Below, in pieces: positions 56,813 through 64,000 of a DNA stretch of 64,000 bases. The position numbers were made by a program, and so were the translations under genes. Under the pieces are notes generated by a model. It had not been told where the DNA came from, ran no database searches, and worked only from the letters and a program-made list of their open reading frames with translations. Origin of the DNA: a virus; IMG/VR virus record IMGVR_UViG_3300044707_000140, positions 34,081 through 98,080 of that record; one strand, 5' to 3'. The first letter of the stretch is position 1; every line of letters begins with the position of its first letter.

Positions 56813-57970
56813 TTAATAAGTTTTATTCAATATGAAAATATCACTGTATATACTATTACCTGCGCTAGCCGCACCCCACTGAACAGTGACATCTAATGTG
56901 TTACTGATTGTTGTATCAAAGGTGGTGCTATTAACTGTGTTAAACGCAAAACCCTCAACAACACCATTCACCGTTTTAGTGTAGTGGAATCCACCTAAAG
57001 TGACAATTGATGCTACACCAGCAGCTCCTAATTGTCTAATGGTGAAATCTATATTTAAATTAAACACATTGTTTGTGATGTTTGTAATGGGCTGAGCTCC
57101 ACTGTCAAGTAGGATGACAGCACCTGTCTTCACTCTAACTCTTATTGTTTGGTTGTTTGTAGCATTTAGAATTCCACCAAACACAGCTCTAAAGCTATCT
57201 CCTACACTAAATCCATTAGCTGGTACAGTTAATGTACCTACACCACCATTAATAAGACTGCTTTCTACAGTGGTGTTAGTGATTATAGTGCTGTTTGCTG
57301 TTTGAGCAAAAAGTCCATAATTCACTGATGTTGGGAGTGCTGCAGATGTACCTGATGATCCACTAGTGCCAGATGTGCCATTAACACCAGAACTACCCGA
57401 TGTACCGTTCACTCCAGATGAACCGCTAGTTCCAGTAGTTCCACTGGTACCCGTGGTACCAGAACTTCCACTAGATCCAGACGTACCAGTTGTACCGCTT
57501 GTTCCTGATGTTCCTGTACTACCTGATGTTCCAGAAGTACCAGAAGATCCATCTCCTCCAGCTGCTCCATCAAGATTCACTGTCCAAGAAGAATATGTAC
57601 CACTTCCTGTTACAGAAACAGGACCACCAATCACCATTACACCAGTAACAATGTCATAACTCACCACTGTACAAGTTTGGTGATTACCAACATTGTATGT
57701 TATAATGATGTCTTGAGCTGGTGTATAAGCTAGCCCAGGCTCAACAACTATATTAGTGCTTACACCTAGTGTAAAGGTAGTGGTGGATGTAGTTCTAAAT
57801 CTATCTCCTGAATATCCAGAGGTACCACTAGTGCCAGATGTTCCTCCAAAGGTTTCAATGTTATCGTTAAGCGTACAGAGCTGACAGCTAGCTTGCTCCA
57901 TTTGTTTAGCAATCTGCCACAGCAGGTTATCCTGTGTGCTCCAGCCTATCTGTCTTGAAGGAATTGGCAT
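56813..57970 (-). CDS. Fibre-like protein with (GTS/GSS)n repeats (paralog B2)
   Basis: N-terminus shared with B1; Gly at every third residue in G-T/S-S/T repeats; beta-rich C-terminal head. Confidence 0.7.
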   Translation of the reverse strand: MPIPSRQIGWSTQDNLLWQIAKQMEQASCQLCTLNDNIETFGGTSGTSGTSGYSGDRFRTTSTTTFTLGVSTNIVVEPGLAYTPAQDIIITYNVGNHQTCTVVSYDIVTGVMVIGGPVSVTGSGTYSSWTVNLDGAAGGDGSSGTSGTSGSTGTSGTSGTTGTSGSSGSSGTTGTSGTTGTSGSSGVNGTSGSSGVNGTSGTSGSSGTSAALPTSVNYGLFAQTANSTIITNTTVESSLINGGVGTLTVPANGFSVGDSFRAVFGGILNATNNQTIRVRVKTGAVILLDSGAQPITNITNNVFNLNIDFTIRQLGAAGVASIVTLGGFHYTKTVNGVVEGFAFNTVNSTTFDTTISNTLDVTVQWGAASAGNSIYSDIFILNKTY

Positions 57971-57976
57971 AATTTA

Positions 57977-58006
57977 CAAATATATGGTGTTAGTTAGAGA
58001 AAACAA
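57977..58006 (-). promoter_or_regulatory. Bacteroidota-type promoter (-7 TATATTTG), near-leaderless
   Basis: TATATTTG lies 7 nt upstream of the ATG at 57970; weak -33 element. Confidence 0.45.
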
Positions 58007-58049
58007 TGAGCTTCAACAAATTACAATAACCAAGTTTGTTAAAACAGCT

Positions 58050-58271
58050 CTAACTAAACTTGTTTAAATATTTGGACAGCAAGATATAGCAGGCAAAGAA
58101 CGATCCTGAGATTCCATAGAAGATAAGATCGGCTGCCCAGAATGAGCCAGTTACCTCCATTATCAACTTGAAAAGGAAGTCGTACCCAAAAGGTAGGAAG
58201 AACATTCCCAGCATTAGGGAGACGTCTCTTAAGGTTGTTAATTTCTTTCTTTGCTTTCTTAACATGCTCAC
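58050..58271 (-). CDS. Small two-TM membrane protein
   Basis: 'LMLGMFFLPFGYD...LIFYGISGSFFACYILL'; start uncertain. Confidence 0.5.
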   Translation of the reverse strand: MSMLRKQRKKLTTLRDVSLMLGMFFLPFGYDFLFKLIMEVTGSFWAADLIFYGISGSFFACYILLSKYLNKFS

Positions 58272-58292
58272 TTTCCATAGATTTAGTATTGG

Positions 58293-58418
58293 TTAACGAC
58301 CCTGTCCCCTATACTTAGAGACAGCTTTATCTTTGGGACCGCTAGATTTTCTAGCCTTTCCACCCTTGCGTTTGCCAAAGGTGATTTTTCTAGAGTCTGA
58401 AGCTTTTGGTTTTGCCAT
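58293..58418 (-). CDS. 41-aa basic peptide ending YRGQGR (not in ORF track)
   Basis: MAKPKASDSRKITFGKRKGGKARKSSGPKDKAVSKYRGQGR*; A-rich leader. Confidence 0.6.
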   Translation of the reverse strand: MAKPKASDSRKITFGKRKGGKARKSSGPKDKAVSKYRGQGR

Positions 58419-58431
58419 TTTGGTTTATTTT

Positions 58432-59175
58432 TTATTTTTTATCCTCTTGGGTTGCATACTTAATACCCATAATTGTTCCTACTATTGAGAAGGCATTGGT
58501 TAGCAATACGCTAAACATATTAGACCAAGTTGACCCAATAATCTGCGTATCCTTGTTTGACAATATTGCGAATGAGTACATTATGGTTGTAATAAATCCG
58601 ACACTAATAATAACCGCTAAAGCACACTTGACAATCGTTTTAATTAATTCGTTTTGACTTTTCTTTAGAGTTGCATCCAAGTCATCCAAAGCAGCATTCT
58701 TTTCTATCTCTATTGCATCTTTTAGCTTGTTAGAATTGTCTAACTCTATTTGCAAGCTCTTAGATAGTTCGTTTATTTTGTTTTTGCTAACAACAGTTTC
58801 ACTGATGTCAGTAGCTATCTTCATTATCTTAGTGATGTTGCCACTTTCGTCGAATATAGGGTTGTAGGTTGCTTGTAGATAGATAGAAGAACCATCTATC
58901 TTCTTTCTCTCAAACTCACCTTCAAAAAACTTTCCCAACCTTAGCGTTTCCCAAAACTTCACATAGTCATCTGACTTGCTATACTCGTAACTAACAAAAA
59001 TGCTATGGTGCTTCCCGATTAACTTATCGTGCTCATCTTCTGCGAATCCCATTGCCTTTAAAAAGATTGCATTAACCCCAAGAATAAACCCATTGAGATC
59101 AAAGTAGATGATGGCATTACTACGATTAATAGCCTCCATCCTACTCAGTAGCTCTTCTTTACTGAGGTTCTTCAT
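58432..59175 (-). CDS. PAS/PAC-domain protein with coiled coil and two C-terminal TM helices
   Basis: 'AINRSNAIIYFDLNG.IL..N..FL..MG...LIGKHHSIFV...FWETL..G....GEFER....G...LQATYNPI.D..G...KIMKIATDI' is the chemoreceptor/BdlA-type PAS pattern. Confidence 0.85.
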   Translation of the reverse strand: MKNLSKEELLSRMEAINRSNAIIYFDLNGFILGVNAIFLKAMGFAEDEHDKLIGKHHSIFVSYEYSKSDDYVKFWETLRLGKFFEGEFERKKIDGSSIYLQATYNPIFDESGNITKIMKIATDISETVVSKNKINELSKSLQIELDNSNKLKDAIEIEKNAALDDLDATLKKSQNELIKTIVKCALAVIISVGFITTIMYSFAILSNKDTQIIGSTWSNMFSVLLTNAFSIVGTIMGIKYATQEDKK

Positions 59176-59416
59176 CGTTATTTCCTTTTGTCTTGTTAAT
59201 CCATTTATCTACAGAAGCTATTCCAAAAGCTCCCAGTACAATTATCATGAATCCATCAAATATGAATTGGTGGATGGGCATTTCTCTACCCAGAATACCA
59301 GTGATAAGATCTGTAATCAGAGCTACCACCATCATGAGGAAGGCAATAAATCCAACCACAGCTTTCTCATTAATAGAGTTGTTGTCGTTAAATAAATCGT
59401 GTAAAAACTTTTTCAT
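59159..59416 (-). CDS. Holin-like two-TM protein
   Basis: Two hydrophobic helices and a charged C-terminus; next to the endolysin. Confidence 0.6.
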   Translation of the reverse strand: MKKFLHDLFNDNNSINEKAVVGFIAFLMMVVALITDLITGILGREMPIHQFIFDGFMIIVLGAFGIASVDKWINKTKGNNDEEPQ

Positions 59417-60015
59417 GCTAATAAATTGTAATATTCTTTAAAATGTTTGATACGATCAGCCAGACCAATTGTACCACCATTTACACGCTTAGTCACCTCA
59501 GTGACTACAGTGTCTGTAGCACCCTTGTCAGCTATTTTGTGTAATCCATTTTTATGGAAAAACCATGCTGCAGAAAGGAGGGGATATTTGCTAGCCACCA
59601 ACTCTGGATTAGCTAGGATGTCCTCAGGAACTACAGCATCAAATGCTTTGTAGTTATCCTTTCCTGTAAGCTGGATGTAACCTCTTCCACGGAACTTAAA
59701 TCCTTCACCAGAGGCCTCAGGACCGTTACCCATTCTTCCTCCATATACTAGATTAGCAATCTTTTCAGGCTTACGCTCATATTCCTTAGCTTTAGCTTCT
59801 GTAGGGAAATACTTCTTAAAGATGGATAGGAGCCCTTTAGCTCCATAATTCAGGTTTTCATTCACCACCTTAAACCCACCAGATTCATGTCCTGCTTGGG
59901 CTAAGAAATGGGCTAGTTTAACGGGGGTGTTTAGTTCAAATTTGGAGATGGTATCAGGTAGCTGAGCTATTACAGCATCAGGAATGTGACCTTTAAGTTT
60001 TTCTATATTTAACAT
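59413..60015 (-). CDS. Endolysin, glycoside hydrolase family 19
   Basis: 'AHFLAQAGHESG', 'ENLNY', 'FRGRGYIQLTGKDNY' and 'TKRVNGGTIGLADR'. Confidence 0.9.
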   Translation of the reverse strand: MLNIEKLKGHIPDAVIAQLPDTISKFELNTPVKLAHFLAQAGHESGGFKVVNENLNYGAKGLLSIFKKYFPTEAKAKEYERKPEKIANLVYGGRMGNGPEASGEGFKFRGRGYIQLTGKDNYKAFDAVVPEDILANPELVASKYPLLSAAWFFHKNGLHKIADKGATDTVVTEVTKRVNGGTIGLADRIKHFKEYYNLLA

Positions 60016-60018
60016 ATG

Positions 60019-60678
60019 TTATACTGTTTTATACTTCCAAAAATAACCAGCTGACCTAGTTCCATTTTTTAAAGCATTGCTAAGACGTGTTATATATTTT
60101 AACCTTAAGACTTGAGCAGCTATTGTCATGCTATCAAATTCATTTATTACATTACCAGCACTATCTAGTTGGACTATAGGCTTTCTACGATTAATATTTG
60201 GTCTTCTAGCTTTTTCTGATAGTTTTCTTTTGTGATTTTCAGTGAAAGTTCTACCCTTATGCCTTTCACTTATTTTCAACTTTGTTTCTTCAGATAAATG
60301 TGTCCCAATTCTTGTAAGTCTTTGACTTTCAATTGATTGTACACTTCTTTTTCTACCTACAAGTTTTTGACTTATGCTTTTAATAACTTCTGGACTATGG
60401 TTTATTGTTCCATCGCCTCCATCAGTCATGTTAACTAGAGGTCCTAGTTTTAAATCTTTTCTACCATAATCAGAAATCATTCCAATTTCTACTGCTTTAG
60501 CATCTTCTATACTACAACCTTCTATGAGTATATCTACAGCATATCCCACTTTATCAACTATATACTTCCAGTGTTTATTTCTTTTCTTTTTGGAGTAAGC
60601 TCTAGAAGCATCTTTACCTATACCAATGTAGAATACTTCACCTGTATCTAATCTTCTATGTTGATAAACTGTTGCCAC
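60019..60678 (-). CDS. GIY-YIG-like homing endonuclease with NUMOD3/NUMOD1 motifs
   Basis: 'VYQH...FYIGIG...R', 'LVNMTDGGDG', 'HLSEETKLKIS' and 'SAGYFWKY'; AT-rich. Confidence 0.75.
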   Translation of the reverse strand: MATVYQHRRLDTGEVFYIGIGKDASRAYSKKKRNKHWKYIVDKVGYAVDILIEGCSIEDAKAVEIGMISDYGRKDLKLGPLVNMTDGGDGTINHSPEVIKSISQKLVGRKRSVQSIESQRLTRIGTHLSEETKLKISERHKGRTFTENHKRKLSEKARRPNINRRKPIVQLDSAGNVINEFDSMTIAAQVLRLKYITRLSNALKNGTRSAGYFWKYKTV

Positions 60679-61290
60679 TTATTTTTTAAGCTTTATCTTC
60701 CAAAATGCACCTATTCCGTATTGTAAATCGCCATAAGTATTTACACTTAGTGACCCTGACAAAGCAAAATCTTTCCTAGTTTTTAGAAGAGCAGATGCCC
60801 CTATTTGCTGATTATTACCACCAGTTTGGAAGACCCCCCCTATGTACACCTGGTTCACTTTTTTAGCTGGGAGAGTGATGGTCTCAGTAATTACGGGGTA
60901 TTTAATGTTCACCTGTGTACCTCTACCTACAATCAGGTTTTTCTGTACAGTGTCTGTTATCTTTACATATCCATTGCTATCAATACGTATGCTGTCCTCC
61001 ATAATGTTCTTTGCAAGTAATTGATTTACAATCTCTTGGTATTGTAACACTAGCTTTGCATAGTTGGTGTCTGGTATATACTGGTTGATGATGGTGTCAT
61101 GTGACTCTATCTCAATGGTCTTTACCAGCTGAGGTTTGCTGTATATCAGGGAATCTTTTACCACCCAAGCTGTATCCCTAACAATTGTAGGCTGCTCAGA
61201 AGGATTAGGCTGAGCACACTTTTGTAGAGCCACTATCACTAGCAGCACTATTATGGCTAAGCTCAATAAATTCTTCTTAACAAACTCCAT
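60679..61290 (-). CDS. Spanin-like membrane/lipoprotein
   Basis: N-terminal hydrophobic segment ending LQKC; beta-rich C-terminus; in the lysis cassette. Confidence 0.5.
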   Translation of the reverse strand: MEFVKKNLLSLAIIVLLVIVALQKCAQPNPSEQPTIVRDTAWVVKDSLIYSKPQLVKTIEIESHDTIINQYIPDTNYAKLVLQYQEIVNQLLAKNIMEDSIRIDSNGYVKITDTVQKNLIVGRGTQVNIKYPVITETITLPAKKVNQVYIGGVFQTGGNNQQIGASALLKTRKDFALSGSLSVNTYGDLQYGIGAFWKIKLKK

Positions 61291-61291
61291 A

Positions 61292-61612
61292 TCAATTAGT
61301 TAGGTTGGCAATAATTTTGGTGACATATTCAGCTCCCATAACAAGTGCACCTAGAATAAAAGCTGCCCAGTACACTTTCTTCTTGAAATCCTCATGCTTT
61401 TCCACCTGCTTTTCTAGCTTGTTTATCTTAGCTTCTAGATATTCAATGTCTTTAACAAACCCACCCTGTTTAGTGAGGGGGTTGCCCAAAATAGCGTCTA
61501 CCACTTGTGTTAGTTTGGTATCTATGGAGTCCATTTTCTCCTCTAGATCATATAGACGCTGGTCCATGCTTTTTAATTCTTCTTTTACTTGTTCTTCAAA
61601 TAGGTTTTCCAT
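61292..61612 (-). CDS. Coiled-coil protein with C-terminal TM helix (XhlA/holin-associated-like)
   Basis: Heptad-rich with C-terminal 'VYWAAFILGALVMGA'; first gene of the lysis operon. Confidence 0.55.
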   Translation of the reverse strand: MENLFEEQVKEELKSMDQRLYDLEEKMDSIDTKLTQVVDAILGNPLTKQGGFVKDIEYLEAKINKLEKQVEKHEDFKKKVYWAAFILGALVMGAEYVTKIIANLTN

Positions 61613-61764
61613 AGCGTTTTTACATAGGAAAAGGGTTTATAAAAGCATAGCACTCCCAGATTCCTCCGAACAGAAACCAGAAGTGCTATGTAATTTGGCC
61701 TGAAATAAAATCCCCAGGACGGGGCATAATATAGCAATAACCTGACAGAGTAGGTGTCTCGTGG

Positions 61765-61813
61765 CAAATCTATGAAAAAGTTTTGAAACTACCAAATATT
61801 TTTTCTACCTTTG
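61765..61813. promoter_or_regulatory. Overlapping divergent Bacteroidota-type promoters
   Basis: Minus strand: TTTG (61796-61793)-N20-TAGATTTG (61772-61765). Plus strand: TTTG (61782)-N20-TACCTTTG (61806-61813). Confidence 0.7.
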
Positions 61814-61833
61814 GGACAGAAAATCAAGTGGTT

Positions 61834-64000
61834 ATGCCCAATAGTTATGACTATTTCAAGCAGGATGTAAGACAGTGGTTTATAGATAATGTTCCCTTAA
61901 GCAAAAGAATCTTAGATGTGGGTCCTGGACAGGGCACTTATTCAGAGCTCCTAAGAGACCTAGGATATAGAATAGATGCTGTGGAGGTGTTTGCTCCCTA
62001 CGTGGATAGGTTTGACCTGCGAGATAAATATGACAATGTTTACATAGCTAACATCCTAAATTTTGATGTAAAACCCTATGACTTCATCATCCTAGGGGAT
62101 GTGCTAGAACACATTCCTACAGAGCTAGCCCAAAACTTGCTTACAGATTTTGATTTAATGGACAAGAGGTTTCTAGTGGCTGTACCCTATATGATGCCTC
62201 AGGATGGTGAGCAGTATGGGAATGAATATGAAACCCACCATCAGCCAGATCTCACTCCACAGGTGATAGCAAAACGCTATCCAGGACTAGTGAAGCTGTA
62301 TGATAACCAGTGGTATGGATATTATGTAAATGAGGATGTTAGATGGGAAAAAGCCTATGTGCTCTATGCTACAGAGAGCTATAAAGAAACTGTCCAAGCC
62401 TGTGTAGATTCTATTAAGACATTCAGTGATATTCCTGTTATAGTGTATATGCTGAATTCAGATGTGAATATTAATGGTGCAGCCACCTTTCGCTGGACCT
62501 GTAAAATCAAAGACATACCACAACAGAAATATATTGACAGATCTAATAGTGACATCTATAACATCCTTATACAGCGTCCACTAATTGTTAAAGATGCATT
62601 AACACATGCCAAAATAGTGGCTTATGTAGATAGTGATAGTGTTGCCACCAAGTATATAGACAGGATATTTAGCTTCTTCTCACCCAAGAGTTCCTATCCC
62701 TATTTTACAGAAGGGATATATGACTGGATGATACTCAATGGTAGAGGTGGGGCTGATAGTAGAGATGATATGTCAGGCACCCTTGAACATCCAGCCTGTG
62801 AGCTGTTTGGTGTGGACCAATACATCAGGGATAAATACAGACAGACAGGATATTTTGTAGCTGGTGATTGGTGTATAGACTTCTTAGATGAGTGGGCATG
62901 GATGTGCAATCATCCTAGAGTGTTACAGAACCCACAATATTATGCTCCCTATCACGAAGAAACTATAGCTAATGTGCTTCTATGGAAATACAAAGCTTTT
63001 AGTGGACTGCCATACATATACATCAATGGATCCTTAGACATGGTGAATAATTTAACGTTCACAGGTAGGAAGCAACACACCAACCATTTTGTTGCTGTGC
63101 CTGCTGTTGAGAATCAACTGCTATTCTACCATGGAGAGAAGGATGCTGTCACTATGTACAGGATGATAGAGCGCCAGAAGAACCAGCTGAGAGTGTTGTT
63201 TGTAGCTCCTCACCTATCTACAGGTGGTATGCCTGCATTCCTTCTAGAGAGAATCAAAGACCTAATTAAATACACCAACACTAGAATCATTGTGGTGGAA
63301 TATGCCAATCACAGTGATCATTATGTAGTGCAGAAAAAACAGATAAAAGAATTAGCCCACCACTTCTACACACTAGGAACTGATAAACTAGAGATAGTGG
63401 ATATTATTAAAAGACATGCTGTAGATATAGTGCACATAGATGAGATGGTGGAAGATGGGCATAATAACTGGCCAGAAGAGGTGAGAGAAGCTTTATATAG
63501 TCCAGATAGAACATGGAGAGTGATTGAAACATGTCATAACATTATATTCAAACCAGATATTGAGAAGCGCTATCACCCAGATGCATATGCATTCTGTACT
63601 CCTTTCCATCTCAAGACATTTGCTAATATGCCTTCTAGAAAAGAGGTGATAGAATATCCTATTGTAAGGAAAAACAGTGCACCTATGATAGGATGGGGAC
63701 CTGGAAAACATGTGCTCAATGTAGGACTATGGACTCCTGGAAAGAATCAAGGAGAAGCTGTAGAGCTAGCTAGACAAATGCCAGATGTAACATTTCATTT
63801 TGTAGGAAATCAAGCAGGCAACTTCCAGCATTATTGGGAACCTATTATGAAAGACCTACCTCCTAATGTACATGTGTGGGGAGAAAGAGATGATATAGAT
63901 GGATTTATGGCAGCTGCAGATGCGTTCCTATTCAACAGCACATTTGAATGTAATCCACTAGTGATTAGAGAAGCTATAGGACATGGGCTACCAATTCTAG
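61834..64000 (+). CDS. Multidomain protein: SAM methyltransferase + GT-A glycosyltransferase + GT4 (GT-B); 3' end lies outside the window
   Basis: Open for 722 codons to the window end and missing from the track. 'ILDVGPGQG...GDVLEH'; 'AYVDSDS...HEETIAN...YHGEK'; 'VLFVAPHLSTGGMP...VGLWTPGKNQ...FECNPLVIREA' (EX7E). Confidence 0.85.
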   Translation, partial: MPNSYDYFKQDVRQWFIDNVPLSKRILDVGPGQGTYSELLRDLGYRIDAVEVFAPYVDRFDLRDKYDNVYIANILNFDVKPYDFIILGDVLEHIPTELAQNLLTDFDLMDKRFLVAVPYMMPQDGEQYGNEYETHHQPDLTPQVIAKRYPGLVKLYDNQWYGYYVNEDVRWEKAYVLYATESYKETVQACVDSIKTFSDIPVIVYMLNSDVNINGAATFRWTCKIKDIPQQKYIDRSNSDIYNILIQRPLIVKDALTHAKIVAYVDSDSVATKYIDRIFSFFSPKSSYPYFTEGIYDWMILNGRGGADSRDDMSGTLEHPACELFGVDQYIRDKYRQTGYFVAGDWCIDFLDEWAWMCNHPRVLQNPQYYAPYHEETIANVLLWKYKAFSGLPYIYINGSLDMVNNLTFTGRKQHTNHFVAVPAVENQLLFYHGEKDAVTMYRMIERQKNQLRVLFVAPHLSTGGMPAFLLERIKDLIKYTNTRIIVVEYANHSDHYVVQKKQIKELAHHFYTLGTDKLEIVDIIKRHAVDIVHIDEMVEDGHNNWPEEVREALYSPDRTWRVIETCHNIIFKPDIEKRYHPDAYAFCTPFHLKTFANMPSRKEVIEYPIVRKNSAPMIGWGPGKHVLNVGLWTPGKNQGEAVELARQMPDVTFHFVGNQAGNFQHYWEPIMKDLPPNVHVWGERDDIDGFMAAADAFLFNSTFECNPLVIREAIGHGLPIL

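Noticed and set aside
57350-57560. True collagen domain
   Set aside because: Gly is at every third position but X/Y are Thr/Ser with no Pro or charged residues; described as a GTS repeat, and a triple helix is not supported.
58054-58278. Alternative-frame ORF MESEHVKK...
   Set aside because: The overlapping frame 58050-58271 gives a coherent two-TM protein; cannot be fully excluded without homologs.
1-64000. Stop-codon reassignment, known in some crAss-like phages
   Set aside because: Long genes are intact under the standard code; TAA, TAG and TGA all end genes at coupled junctions; no suppressor tRNA seen.
1-64000. tRNA, rRNA, CRISPR arrays, integrase, introns or inteins
   Set aside because: None recognised by eye; terminase, PolB, DnaB and RNR have uninterrupted normal sizes. 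tRNAscan/Infernal would be needed to exclude them fully.

Overview
A 64-kb segment of a crAss-like (Crassvirales-type) phage genome in the standard genetic code. The host is probably Bacteroidota, judged from many TTTG-N~20-TAnnTTTG promoters and A-rich leaders without Shine-Dalgarno sites. Layout: (1) 1-18.6 kb, minus strand: morphogenesis block with IHF/HU-like protein, terminase, portal, scaffold-like protein, major capsid, ring, auxiliary capsid, tail-hub and fibre genes; (2) 18.6-19.0 kb: divergence point with a near-consensus parS palindrome and short repeats; (3) 19.0-51.9 kb, plus strand: small early genes, PolB, DnaB, SF2 helicase, AAA ATPase, primase, UNG-like protein, rIIA/rIIB, nucleases, class II RNR, RecA, dUTPase, then a GT2-GT2-methyltransferase-GT2 cluster; (4) 51.9-61.6 kb, minus strand: lysis cassette (GH19 endolysin, holin- and spanin-like genes, and a PAS-domain/2TM protein), a GT-A enzyme resembling plant HPAT/SRGT1 protein O-glycosyltransferases flanked by Thr-tailed proteins, a Dps-like protein and highly basic peptides; (5) from 61.8 kb, plus strand: a truncated methyltransferase + GT-A + GT4 fusion. 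The best candidate for an undescribed system is phage-encoded mucin-like O-glycosylation of virion proteins. The next best are a PAS sensor in the lysis cassette and a parS site on a phage with no ParB in this window. All family calls come from motif recognition by eye; no database search was run.
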